Of a stretch of DNA of 35,117 nucleotides, positions 27,268-35,117 are shown one piece after another. Position numbers and translations under genes: made by a program. Below the pieces are notes generated by a model. The model saw only the letters and a program-made list of their open reading frames with translations. It ran no database searches and was not told the DNA's origin. Position 1 is the stretch's first letter. Each line of letters opens with the position of its first letter. Origin of the DNA: Candidatus Micrarchaeota archaeon (GTDB taxonomy: Archaea; Micrarchaeota; Micrarchaeia; Norongarragalinales; WALN01); NCBI GenBank assembly GCA_015522865.1, contig WALN01000064.1:1-35117 (forward strand), in the 5' to 3' direction.

Positions 27268-30263
27268 TTGCTCACTCTGCTAAAGCGCGCATTTATCTCG
27301 ACATTCTCAAATTTTGCGTTTGCTTCAACTTCTCCGTTAAGTATGCCTATATCTATTTTTTCTGCCCCAACAGTTTTAGCAATTTCTTCCTTCCTTCTCT
27401 CAAAAAGTTCCTGAATTTTTTCGTTTGACCTTAAAGTTAAATTTATTTTCTCCTGTACTTTAAATCCATTTTTCTTCCTTGCCTCTTGGATTGCTCGGGT
27501 AGTTTCTTTTATTATTGCTTCTTCTTCGCATTCCTTATCCAGCTGATTGTCTATAAATATCGTGCCCCCTTCAAATTCTGCTTTGGTAAATTTTTCCTCG
27601 TCTACCTGCTCTTTAACAATTTCGACTTTTTTAACATTCGCGAGTTTTCTTATAGTATCTTCCACTTCCTCTAAGGGGCGTTCTTCCACTTCATTTAATT
27701 TTATTATTGCTCTTGGTATTGGCCATCTCAACCTTAATTTAGCCTTCTGCCTTGCGCTCATAATAGCTTCTATTATTTTTGCCGCCCTCTCCATTTTTTC
27801 TTCTAATTCTAAATCTATTAACGTATCATCCGCTTCTGGATACAGTTCAAAATGTATCGATTCTAAATTCAAATTATTGTCTATCTCCTTAAGTTTGCTG
27901 TAAATATATTCTGAGATAAATGGAGTTATAGGGGCGAGTAGTTTAGCAGTTGAAAGCAAACAATAATTAATCGTATTAATACATTTGCTTTTGCTTTCAT
28001 CTTTTGAGTGTATATCCATTCTGTCTCTTACTAATTTAATGTATGTTCTCGAAAATTTATCATTTACAAATTTTATTATTTCTCTGCCTGCTTTATGAAA
28101 TTCGAAATTCTCTAAATGCTTTGTAACTTTTTTAGTCAGCGAATTATTTGCTGAAATTATCCATCTGTCCTCTACCGGATACTCTTTCATATTTTCTATT
28201 CCTTCTGGTTTGATTTCTCCCCTGTAGTTTGTATAAAATTCCAAAATATTAAGCAAAATATTTAAAGATTTTTTAACTTCTTTTGCCCTTGAGAAACTAA
28301 ATCTCTGCACTTCAGATGGCGGGACCTCAAAAGAGAAGTAGAGGCGTATAGTGTCTGCTCCTAGCTTTTCTATTCCTTCCAATGCACTTATTACATTTCC
28401 TCTGCTCTTGCTCATTTTTTCCCCATTTTCATCAACAACCCACCCCATCATTGCAACATTTTTATATGAAGGGATATCAAAGGTAGCTATACCGTAGAAC
28501 ATTAGAGCATAGAACCATCCTCTTATCTGGTCCTGCGACTCGTTTATTAAATCAACTGGAAATAATTTTTCGAACAGCTCCTTATTTTTATATGGGTATC
28601 CCATAGATGCCCACGGAGAAATGCCGGAATCAAACCACACATTGAAAATGTCTTTTACTCTATGCATTGTCCCTCCACATTCATCGCATTTGAGTTCTAT
28701 TTTGTCTATGTTGTGCCTATGCAGGTCGTTAATATCTTTTGGAGCGTTAATTGCTTTTTTTAGCAGCTCTTCCTTGCTACCAATTACTTCTGTTTTACCG
28801 CACTTGTCGCAGACCCATATAGGCATGGGAATGCCCCAATACCTCTGCTGCGATATACACCAATCTCCAGAACCCTCAAGCCAGTTCGCAAACATCTCTC
28901 TCCCGGACTCAGGCATCCAGTTGACTTTTTTGTTTGCTTCGATCATTTTTTGCTTTATCGGCTCAATCGAAAAATACCATTGTTTGCTCATCCTAAATAT
29001 TAATTTGCTCTTGCATCTCCAACATAAAGGATAGCTGTGTACTATTGTCTCTTCTCTCAATAACTTATTCTCCTTTTTAAGCAATTCTATTATCTCTTTA
29101 TCTGCATCCTTAACAAATACTCCTTCAAATCGCTTCACTTTCTCAGTGAATCTTCCTTTTTCATCAACTGGCGATACAGCAGGCAGGCCGTAGTGTTGGC
29201 CAACTAAATAGTCAGTTGCCCCATGTCCCGGTGCACAGTGCACTATCCCGCTTCCCTCATCCATAGTTACGAACTCTTCAAATTCTTCTTTTCCTTCTTC
29301 GCTCTCCTTCATTTTGTGTTTTTTATACTGTTTTTTCTTCATTATTGAGATGCTTAAATAGATTTTATGGGCTTTTTCTCCGAGCTCTTTTTGCTGTTCT
29401 ACATCTAAGAGAGGCTCGTATTCCATTCCATCCAATTCTACTCCCTTAAACTTTTTTACTATTTTATATTTCGTATCTTTGAGTACTTCTGGCACTCTCT
29501 TTGCTCCAAGTATATAATATTCTTCGCCCACTTTCACTTTTACATACTCTTCCTTTGGATGAACAAAAAGAGCTACATTTGCAGGCAGGGTCCATGGCGT
29601 TGTAGTCCAGACTATAAAATAAGTTTTTTCTTCTCCTTTCACTTTAAATTTTACAAATACGCTAGGATCTTCTACATCTGTATAGCTATCGCTTACTTCA
29701 TAGCCACTTAACGCTGTTTCGCAGTGAGGGCACCAATATATTGGCTTTTCACCTGCATACAGCATAGATTTTTCATGCAATTTCTTCGCAGTCCACCAAC
29801 CACTTTCAATGTAGTAGTCCTTATATGTAAGATAAGGAGCAAAGAAGCCCCTCCACGCCCCGAGTTTTTTGTAGTATCCCAGCCACGCGCTCTCATTATT
29901 TCTTACTTTCTCAAGGCATTTCTTGTCGAACTCTTCTATACCTATTTTTTCTTCTATATCTGATTTTGAAGTAATGCCTAACTCCTTTTCAACTGCTACT
30001 TCTACTGGCAGGCCGTGGCAGTCAAAACCGGGTTGTATAAATGTGCTGTATCCCTGCATATATTTGAAGCGCGTCCAGATGTCCTTGTATGTTGTTGTTT
30101 TTACATGCCCTACGTGGGGGGTTCCATTCACATATGGCGGGCCATCTAGCAGAAAAAATTTTTTCTTCCCCTTTCTCCTCTCTTCCAGCTTTCCCGCTAT
30201 ATCCTCTTTCATCCAGTACTCTAAAACTTCTTTTTCTATCTTTTTTGGGTCGTAGTATACCAT
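27264..30263 (-). CDS. ileS: Isoleucine--tRNA ligase
   Basis: DGPPYVNG.PHVGH, GFDCHGLP, WTTTPWTLPAN, DWCISQQRYWG, DQIRGWFY, KMSKS. Confidence 0.97.
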   Translation of the reverse strand: MVYYDPKKIEKEVLEYWMKEDIAGKLEERRKGKKKFFLLDGPPYVNGTPHVGHVKTTTYKDIWTRFKYMQGYSTFIQPGFDCHGLPVEVAVEKELGITSKSDIEEKIGIEEFDKKCLEKVRNNESAWLGYYKKLGAWRGFFAPYLTYKDYYIESGWWTAKKLHEKSMLYAGEKPIYWCPHCETALSGYEVSDSYTDVEDPSVFVKFKVKGEEKTYFIVWTTTPWTLPANVALFVHPKEEYVKVKVGEEYYILGAKRVPEVLKDTKYKIVKKFKGVELDGMEYEPLLDVEQQKELGEKAHKIYLSISIMKKKQYKKHKMKESEEGKEEFEEFVTMDEGSGIVHCAPGHGATDYLVGQHYGLPAVSPVDEKGRFTEKVKRFEGVFVKDADKEIIELLKKENKLLREETIVHSYPLCWRCKSKLIFRMSKQWYFSIEPIKQKMIEANKKVNWMPESGREMFANWLEGSGDWCISQQRYWGIPMPIWVCDKCGKTEVIGSKEELLKKAINAPKDINDLHRHNIDKIELKCDECGGTMHRVKDIFNVWFDSGISPWASMGYPYKNKELFEKLFPVDLINESQDQIRGWFYALMFYGIATFDIPSYKNVAMMGWVVDENGEKMSKSRGNVISALEGIEKLGADTIRLYFSFEVPPSEVQRFSFSRAKEVKKSLNILLNILEFYTNYRGEIKPEGIENMKEYPVEDRWIISANNSLTKKVTKHLENFEFHKAGREIIKFVNDKFSRTYIKLVRDRMDIHSKDESKSKCINTINYCLLSTAKLLAPITPFISEYIYSKLKEIDNNLNLESIHFELYPEADDTLIDLELEEKMERAAKIIEAIMSARQKAKLRLRWPIPRAIIKLNEVEERPLEEVEDTIRKLANVKKVEIVKEQVDEEKFTKAEFEGGTIFIDNQLDKECEEEAIIKETTRAIQEARKKNGFKVQEKINLTLRSNEKIQELFERRKEEIAKTVGAEKIDIGILNGEVEANAKFENVEINARFSRVSK

Positions 30264-30311
30264 GGCTTTATTTATCTCTTAAAATTTAAAATGTTTGCTT
30301 CTGCACTTTCT

Positions 30312-31595
30312 TTAAATTTGCCTTTTTTGTGATTTTAAATACTCTATTATGCTGTCTAAGCTTAACATTTTTTCTTCGCCGGTTTTCATATTCTTCAATT
30401 TTAACTTGTTTTCTTCGATCTCTTTTTTTCCCATAATTGCTACGTACGGGATGTCTCTCTTTGATGCATAGTCTAAATTTTTTGAGATCCCCCTGTCCAT
30501 TAAATCGATGTCCGCATTTATTTCTTCACTTCTCAACTTTTCGGTTACTTCTAGTGCTGTGTTAAATGTTTTGATGGGTATTACGAAAACTTTTATTTTC
30601 GTTTTCTTTTTGTATTTTCCTCCAAGCGCTTCGCATATTCTTTCAGTTCCAAAACTTATTCCGACTGCGGGATATTCTCCCCTACCAATAAATTTCCCAA
30701 TCATTCGATTATATCTTCCGCCAGATGCTACTGCTGTTTTTACCTCAGAATTTTTCAAAAAAGTTTCAAAAATTGTCGAAGTGTAATAGCTCAGCCCTCT
30801 TGCAAGGGATAAGTCAATTTTTATATTTTTCAACGACAATATTTTTACAAAACTCAGCAAATTTTCCAGCTCCGTCACCCCCTCCTTTCCTTCGTCATTT
30901 AAATTCAACTTTTTCAGCTTCTGTAAAATTTCATCGTTTTCTCCGACAATTTCAAATAAAGAAAATAATTTTTCAATTACTTTTTTCGGAACTTCTTTAT
31001 TTTTCAGCTCGTCTTCAACCTCCTTTTTGCCGATTTTTTCGAGTTTGTCTATTGAGAGAATCACACTTTCTGCTTTCTCGTTTTCTACGCCCGCGTATTT
31101 TACAAGCCCATTGAGTAGTTTTCTGTTGTTAAGTTTTATTTCAAACTCCAAACCTATTCTCTTGAACACCTCGAACGTAAGCGCCAGTATCTCTGCTTCT
31201 GCTTTCATACTTTTTACTCCAATAATGTCTGCATCGCATTGCGTGAACTCTCTTAATCTGGTTGAGGAAACCGGTCCGTCTCTCCACGCTTCGCCAATCT
31301 GGTAACGCTTGAACGGCAATTTTAAATTCGGATTTTCTTTGATATAACGAGCAAGCGGAACAGTCAGGTCATATCTCAGGCCCAATTTTCTTCTTCCCTG
31401 GTCCTCTAATTTATATGTTTCTTTCAGAATTTCTTCGCCGCCCCCATATTTCGACGCAAGTGTTTCCCACTTTTCCAGAGCAGGCGTTTTAATTGGAACA
31501 TACCCGTATTTCTCAAAAATATTTTTTATAATTTTGATTAGCTCTTGCCTCTGAAATTCTTCCTCTGGCCCGTAGTCTCTGAATCCTTTCAACAT
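30312..31595 (-). CDS. hisS: Histidine--tRNA ligase
   Basis: KGFRD, LRYDLTVPLAR, REFTQCDADI, LARGLSYYT, SGGRY; start placed at ATG 31595. Confidence 0.96.
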   Translation of the reverse strand: MLKGFRDYGPEEEFQRQELIKIIKNIFEKYGYVPIKTPALEKWETLASKYGGGEEILKETYKLEDQGRRKLGLRYDLTVPLARYIKENPNLKLPFKRYQIGEAWRDGPVSSTRLREFTQCDADIIGVKSMKAEAEILALTFEVFKRIGLEFEIKLNNRKLLNGLVKYAGVENEKAESVILSIDKLEKIGKKEVEDELKNKEVPKKVIEKLFSLFEIVGENDEILQKLKKLNLNDEGKEGVTELENLLSFVKILSLKNIKIDLSLARGLSYYTSTIFETFLKNSEVKTAVASGGRYNRMIGKFIGRGEYPAVGISFGTERICEALGGKYKKKTKIKVFVIPIKTFNTALEVTEKLRSEEINADIDLMDRGISKNLDYASKRDIPYVAIMGKKEIEENKLKLKNMKTGEEKMLSLDSIIEYLKSQKRQI

Positions 31596-31712
31596 GTTAC
31601 CACACAAATTATGAATTAGTTATTTAAATAATTGATTAGGCAACTAATAATTTCCCTGTTTATATTTTGTGCAGCGCAGTTAATTATTTAACTAAAATTT
31701 AAGTAATGGAAT

Positions 31713-33185
31713 TTGGGGGATACTATCAAATATATTTATGTAGCAGGGCAGCGCAAAACGTTAATTGCCACTTTTCTGAAAAAGGGTACCTTTACGGCTT
31801 CGTATGCCTACTTCAACAACAACGTCGAACCAAATTTCATAATTTTTAGGCACAATTTAAATGCAGAGTACTGGGTGCCGGAATCTGAGGTGCTCAGGAT
31901 GAACAAATTCGGAGAAAAATACTTGGGCCGTCGGTTTACTGAGAGCATATTAAATAAAGTTAAGCTGAATGTTAATGCTGCATGGAAGATGGTGGAAAAA
32001 TTAAATAGGCTTGAATTTTCTGCGCTATCTAACGCAAAGCTTATTGAGTTATTTTCCCAAATAAATTCAATACTTTTGCAGCTGATGGGCGATTTATTTT
32101 TATCGCAGGATTTTTATACTAAAGCAGTGGAGGAGCGGCTCATCTCTTTGCTCTCGTCCAAATTCAAAGACAGGAAAAAAGTTGATTATTATCTAGGAAT
32201 TTTACTTAAAGATTATGATTTGGATGCAATCCAACGCGAAGAGATAGATTGGTATAATTATGTGCTGAACCACAAAAATATAAAACGTGAGGAACTGATG
32301 AGTTATGTTTTGCGCAATGGATGGATGATTTATAATGCATTTGATTATGAAACTGCGTACAATTTTATATTGGAGAGATATAGAAAGACTGAAAATATGG
32401 GCGAGAAAGAAATTCAAAAGAGAATTAAAAATATTCTGCTCAATAAACAAAAAGCCAGAGAAGAATTTAATGCTCAAAGCGAAAAACTTACCCCCAAAAT
32501 GCTTGAGTTAGCTACCATCTTGCGGGATTTAGCTAAGAACAGGCTCGAAGTGAAATTGGCTACGAATTCCTTAGAAGTCGCTCTAAACCTCAAATTATTG
32601 TATTTCCTTTCCAAAAAATTTAACTTAAATTTCTGTGATTTGTTGGATGGATATTTGCCTGGAGATATAAGGAAGTTGTTGGAAAGTGGCTTTCGTGTTT
32701 CTGGTGATAAAATTAAGAGACGGAAGGAGTTCGTCTCGTTTGTTCAAATTAACGGAAAATTTGATGTTGCGAGCGGTAATGACGCTATGAATAAAATTGA
32801 TAATTTATTAAGTAGTTCGAGACCAAAGAAAGAGCAGAAAGTGCTGAAAGGTAATGTTGCTTCTATTGGCAGTCCCTCAGTTGTAACTGCTACCGCAAGG
32901 ATAATACGTTTGGGAAATGATTCCGAGTTGAGAGAAGACATAAACAGATTTCAAAAAGGCGAAATAATCGTTACTATTATGACTCAGCCCAATATGGTCC
33001 CAATAATGAAAAAAGCTGCAGCGGTTATTACTGACGAAGGAGGCATATGCAGCCACGCAGCTATTATTTCCAGAGAATTTAACATCCCATGTATAGTAGG
33101 AACAAGGGCAGCAACAAAAATTATAAAAAATGGCGACAAAGTCACAATAGACACTTCAGAAGGAATTGTCAGAATTATAAAATAG
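31713..33185 (+). CDS. Protein with C-terminal PEP-utilizing mobile (phospho-His swivel) domain
   Basis: GEIIVTIMTQP...ITDEGGICSHAAIISREFNIPCIVG; helical N-terminal region; no ATP-grasp or TIM-barrel domain evident. Confidence 0.85.
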   Translation: MGDTIKYIYVAGQRKTLIATFLKKGTFTASYAYFNNNVEPNFIIFRHNLNAEYWVPESEVLRMNKFGEKYLGRRFTESILNKVKLNVNAAWKMVEKLNRLEFSALSNAKLIELFSQINSILLQLMGDLFLSQDFYTKAVEERLISLLSSKFKDRKKVDYYLGILLKDYDLDAIQREEIDWYNYVLNHKNIKREELMSYVLRNGWMIYNAFDYETAYNFILERYRKTENMGEKEIQKRIKNILLNKQKAREEFNAQSEKLTPKMLELATILRDLAKNRLEVKLATNSLEVALNLKLLYFLSKKFNLNFCDLLDGYLPGDIRKLLESGFRVSGDKIKRRKEFVSFVQINGKFDVASGNDAMNKIDNLLSSSRPKKEQKVLKGNVASIGSPSVVTATARIIRLGNDSELREDINRFQKGEIIVTIMTQPNMVPIMKKAAAVITDEGGICSHAAIISREFNIPCIVGTRAATKIIKNGDKVTIDTSEGIVRIIK

Positions 33186-33191
33186 TTTCAG

Positions 33192-34700
33192 TCACCTGCT
33201 TTTTATAATTCTTACAACGCCATTATTTGCATCCACCTCTACAAATTTTCCGTCTTTCAAAATTGATGTTGCTATTTTTGTTCCCATAACGCACGGTATG
33301 CCCAAAGCCTTTGAAATTAATGCGGCGTGGCAGGTAACCCCATTTAAATCAGTTACAATTGCTGACGCTTTCATCATAGCGGGCAATATATTTGGGTCTG
33401 TTTGGTAGGCTACAAGTATATCGCCTTTTTTCATTTTTTTCATTTCTTTAGGGTCTTCTATTATTTTCGCTACTCCCCTTACTTTGCCCGGATATGCACA
33501 CAGTCCACTTAAAAATTTCGTTTTTCTTTTTTTCTCTTTTTTTATGTTTATTTTCTCCATGAATTTTCTTGCTTTTTTTCCAGTCAGCCATTTTTCTCCC
33601 TTTTGGGTAAAATCTCCAACAGTGTATTTGAGCCTTTCATTAAGCTCTTTCCTTGAAAATTTTCTTTTGAGTATCGCATCCCTCATCTCGAATGGGCTGA
33701 TCACGCGCATCTGCTCCAAATTCAGCCCGGCTCTTTTTCCCATTTCTCTAAGAAGAGATTCTGTTGCATAATATCCATAGAACATTGCATCTTTTCTGAA
33801 AGCTTTTATTGAAATTATTTTTCTTGCCTGTTCAAAAAGCAACTGATGTTTCTTGTCTATGCCAATTGTTCTTGTGTAGTGTTCCTGCATTTTCTTAATT
33901 CTCAAAGGAGTCCGTTCCATTTTTTTGACCATTTTTTGTACGTCTATATCCTGAGAAATTAAATCTACCAGTCGCTCAATAATCATCTTTTTGTTCCAAG
34001 CAGGGCCTTTGTATTCATATCCTATCCAACCAAATTTTTCCACATGCTCTTCGATTTCCTTTCCGGCTATCCTGTTTATTCTTTTTTCAATCTCTTTTTT
34101 TGTCCTTTTGTCTCTAATTGTATTTTTGAGTTTGTTGGCAATCTTCAAAATATTTTGTTCTTCTTTTCTTTCAATACTTTCTTCTGTGGGCGTACTTAGT
34201 ATTGCGTATACTTCCTCTACTCCATATTTTAATCCCTTCCTTTTTATCTGCTGCGAAAGGTATTTTTTGAGATGAGTAGATAATAGATGATCCTTAATTT
34301 CTATAATGAACGGAACGATTCCCGGCAGTATTGCTTCCTGATTAGCTTTCCAGAACCTTTCATATAATTTTATGAGCTTTTCATCAGAGTATTGTGGCAT
34401 ATTCATTTTATAAATCGCTCTAGAAACCTTAAATAAATTTTTAGCATTTTTGAAATGTATTTTATGTAATTTATCGAACCATGCAAGATTATTTAACATT
34501 TTTCTAAAAGCATATTTTTCTTTGCTCTCGAATTCTTTTTTATCTAGAAAATAATTCGAGTTTCCCTTTTTTATTTCTATTATAAACTCTCTGAACAAAG
34601 GTATGCTTACTATGTTTAGCCTGCGGGTGAAAAGATACGCAGAATAGGCATGCATAAAAACTTCTCTTCTAACTTTTAATATCGCAATCCATTCTTTCAT
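33192..34700 (-). CDS. Second protein with C-terminal PEP-utilizing mobile domain
   Basis: GDILVAYQTDP...VTDLNGVTCHAALISKALGIPCVMG...EVDANNG. Confidence 0.85.
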   Translation of the reverse strand: MKEWIAILKVRREVFMHAYSAYLFTRRLNIVSIPLFREFIIEIKKGNSNYFLDKKEFESKEKYAFRKMLNNLAWFDKLHKIHFKNAKNLFKVSRAIYKMNMPQYSDEKLIKLYERFWKANQEAILPGIVPFIIEIKDHLLSTHLKKYLSQQIKRKGLKYGVEEVYAILSTPTEESIERKEEQNILKIANKLKNTIRDKRTKKEIEKRINRIAGKEIEEHVEKFGWIGYEYKGPAWNKKMIIERLVDLISQDIDVQKMVKKMERTPLRIKKMQEHYTRTIGIDKKHQLLFEQARKIISIKAFRKDAMFYGYYATESLLREMGKRAGLNLEQMRVISPFEMRDAILKRKFSRKELNERLKYTVGDFTQKGEKWLTGKKARKFMEKINIKKEKKRKTKFLSGLCAYPGKVRGVAKIIEDPKEMKKMKKGDILVAYQTDPNILPAMMKASAIVTDLNGVTCHAALISKALGIPCVMGTKIATSILKDGKFVEVDANNGVVRIIKSR

Positions 34701-34752
34701 ACGCTACACTAGGAGCTTCTCTTTAAATATTTTTTCTGAAATGGGCTGAAGT

Positions 34753-34762
34753 AATTTAAACT
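34753..34762 (+). promoter_or_regulatory. Probable TATA box of tRNA-His
   Basis: TTTAAA about 25-30 nt upstream of the tRNA 5' end. Confidence 0.45.
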
Positions 34763-34783
34763 TTTATCTCGCAATGATTATGT

Positions 34784-34906
34784 GGCGGCGATGGTGCAGT
34801 GGTTAACATCTCGGACTGTGGATCCGAGGACCCGAGAAGCCTTTCTTTCTGAAGAAAGAAATCCTTGGGAAAGAAAGACAAGGGAATTCGAGTCTCGGTC
34901 GCCGCC
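34784..34906 (+). tRNA. tRNA-His(GTG) with encoded G-1 and a 50-nt non-canonical intron at 53/54 (34837-34886)
   Basis: Acceptor GCGGCGA/TCGCCGC plus C73; anticodon stem TCGGA/TCCGA; GTG at 34818-34820; removing the insert restores CCGAG-TTCGAGT-CTCGG. Confidence 0.9.
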
Positions 34907-35117
34907 CTTAGCTCTCATTCTATTCTTAGCATTCTTTCTTTGGAACAACTTAGTACTTTCTTTCTTTTTAAGAAAGAAAGGACCAGTTCGAGTCTCGGTC
35001 GCCGCCCTTAGCTCTCATTCTATTCTTAGCATTCTTTCTTTGGAACAACTTAGTACTTTCTTTCTTTTTAAGAAAGAAAGGACCAGTTCGAGTCTCGGTC
35101 GCCGCCCTTAGCTCTCA
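34887..35117 (+). repeat. Perfect 100-bp tandem repeat (at least 2.3 copies, runs off the window) containing the tRNA-His 3' exon and a hairpin module
   Basis: Identical units start at 34887, 34987 and 35087, each beginning TTCGAGTCTCGGTCGCCGCC. Confidence 0.92.

Noticed and set aside
31713..34700. Annotation as phosphoenolpyruvate synthase (ppsA) or as an integrated element
   Set aside because: Too short, lacking ATP-grasp and pyruvate-binding barrel motifs; no integrase or flanking att duplication seen on this side of the tRNA
34782..35111. 109-aa ORF
   Set aside because: Overlaps tRNA-His and the tandem repeat; spurious
34887..35117. CRISPR array or extra tRNA genes
   Set aside because: Units are fully identical with no spacers and contain only the last 20 nt of the tRNA

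Overview
Compact, AT-rich archaeal chromosome segment. eS17, archaeal-type ProRS/IleRS/PGK, an A1-U72 tRNA-Gln, intron-containing tRNAs and GGTGA-type SD sites show it is archaeal; a DPANN lineage such as Micrarchaeota is my inference. In order, it holds: the end of a glycosylation cluster (Gfo/Idh/MocA dehydrogenase, two convergent MraY/GPT-family transferases, flippase) with a RelE-type TA pair whose toxin has a nonsense codon; MTA deaminase and phosphorylase; an NrdG-like activase; feoAB; a mosaic glycolysis cluster (PfkA with a PPi-type signature, LacD-type aldolase, ferritin-like protein, bacterial-type GAPDH, PGK); site-2 protease; an HPF-like protein; SMC; tRNA-Gln(TTG); rps17e; proS; an ORFan patch with a collapsed FAD-oxidoreductase pseudogene; ileS; hisS; two convergent proteins with a PEP phospho-His swivel domain; tRNA-His(GTG). 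The most unusual signal is non-coding. tRNA-Gln carries a 320-nt intron built from repeated hairpin modules, one with a compensatory base change. tRNA-His has a T-arm (53/54) insert with a related hairpin and is followed by 100-bp tandem copies of its own 3' exon. A 49-bp hairpin module is shared (47/49) between the two tRNA loci 12 kb apart. This suggests a family of small mobile hairpin elements tied to tRNA introns.
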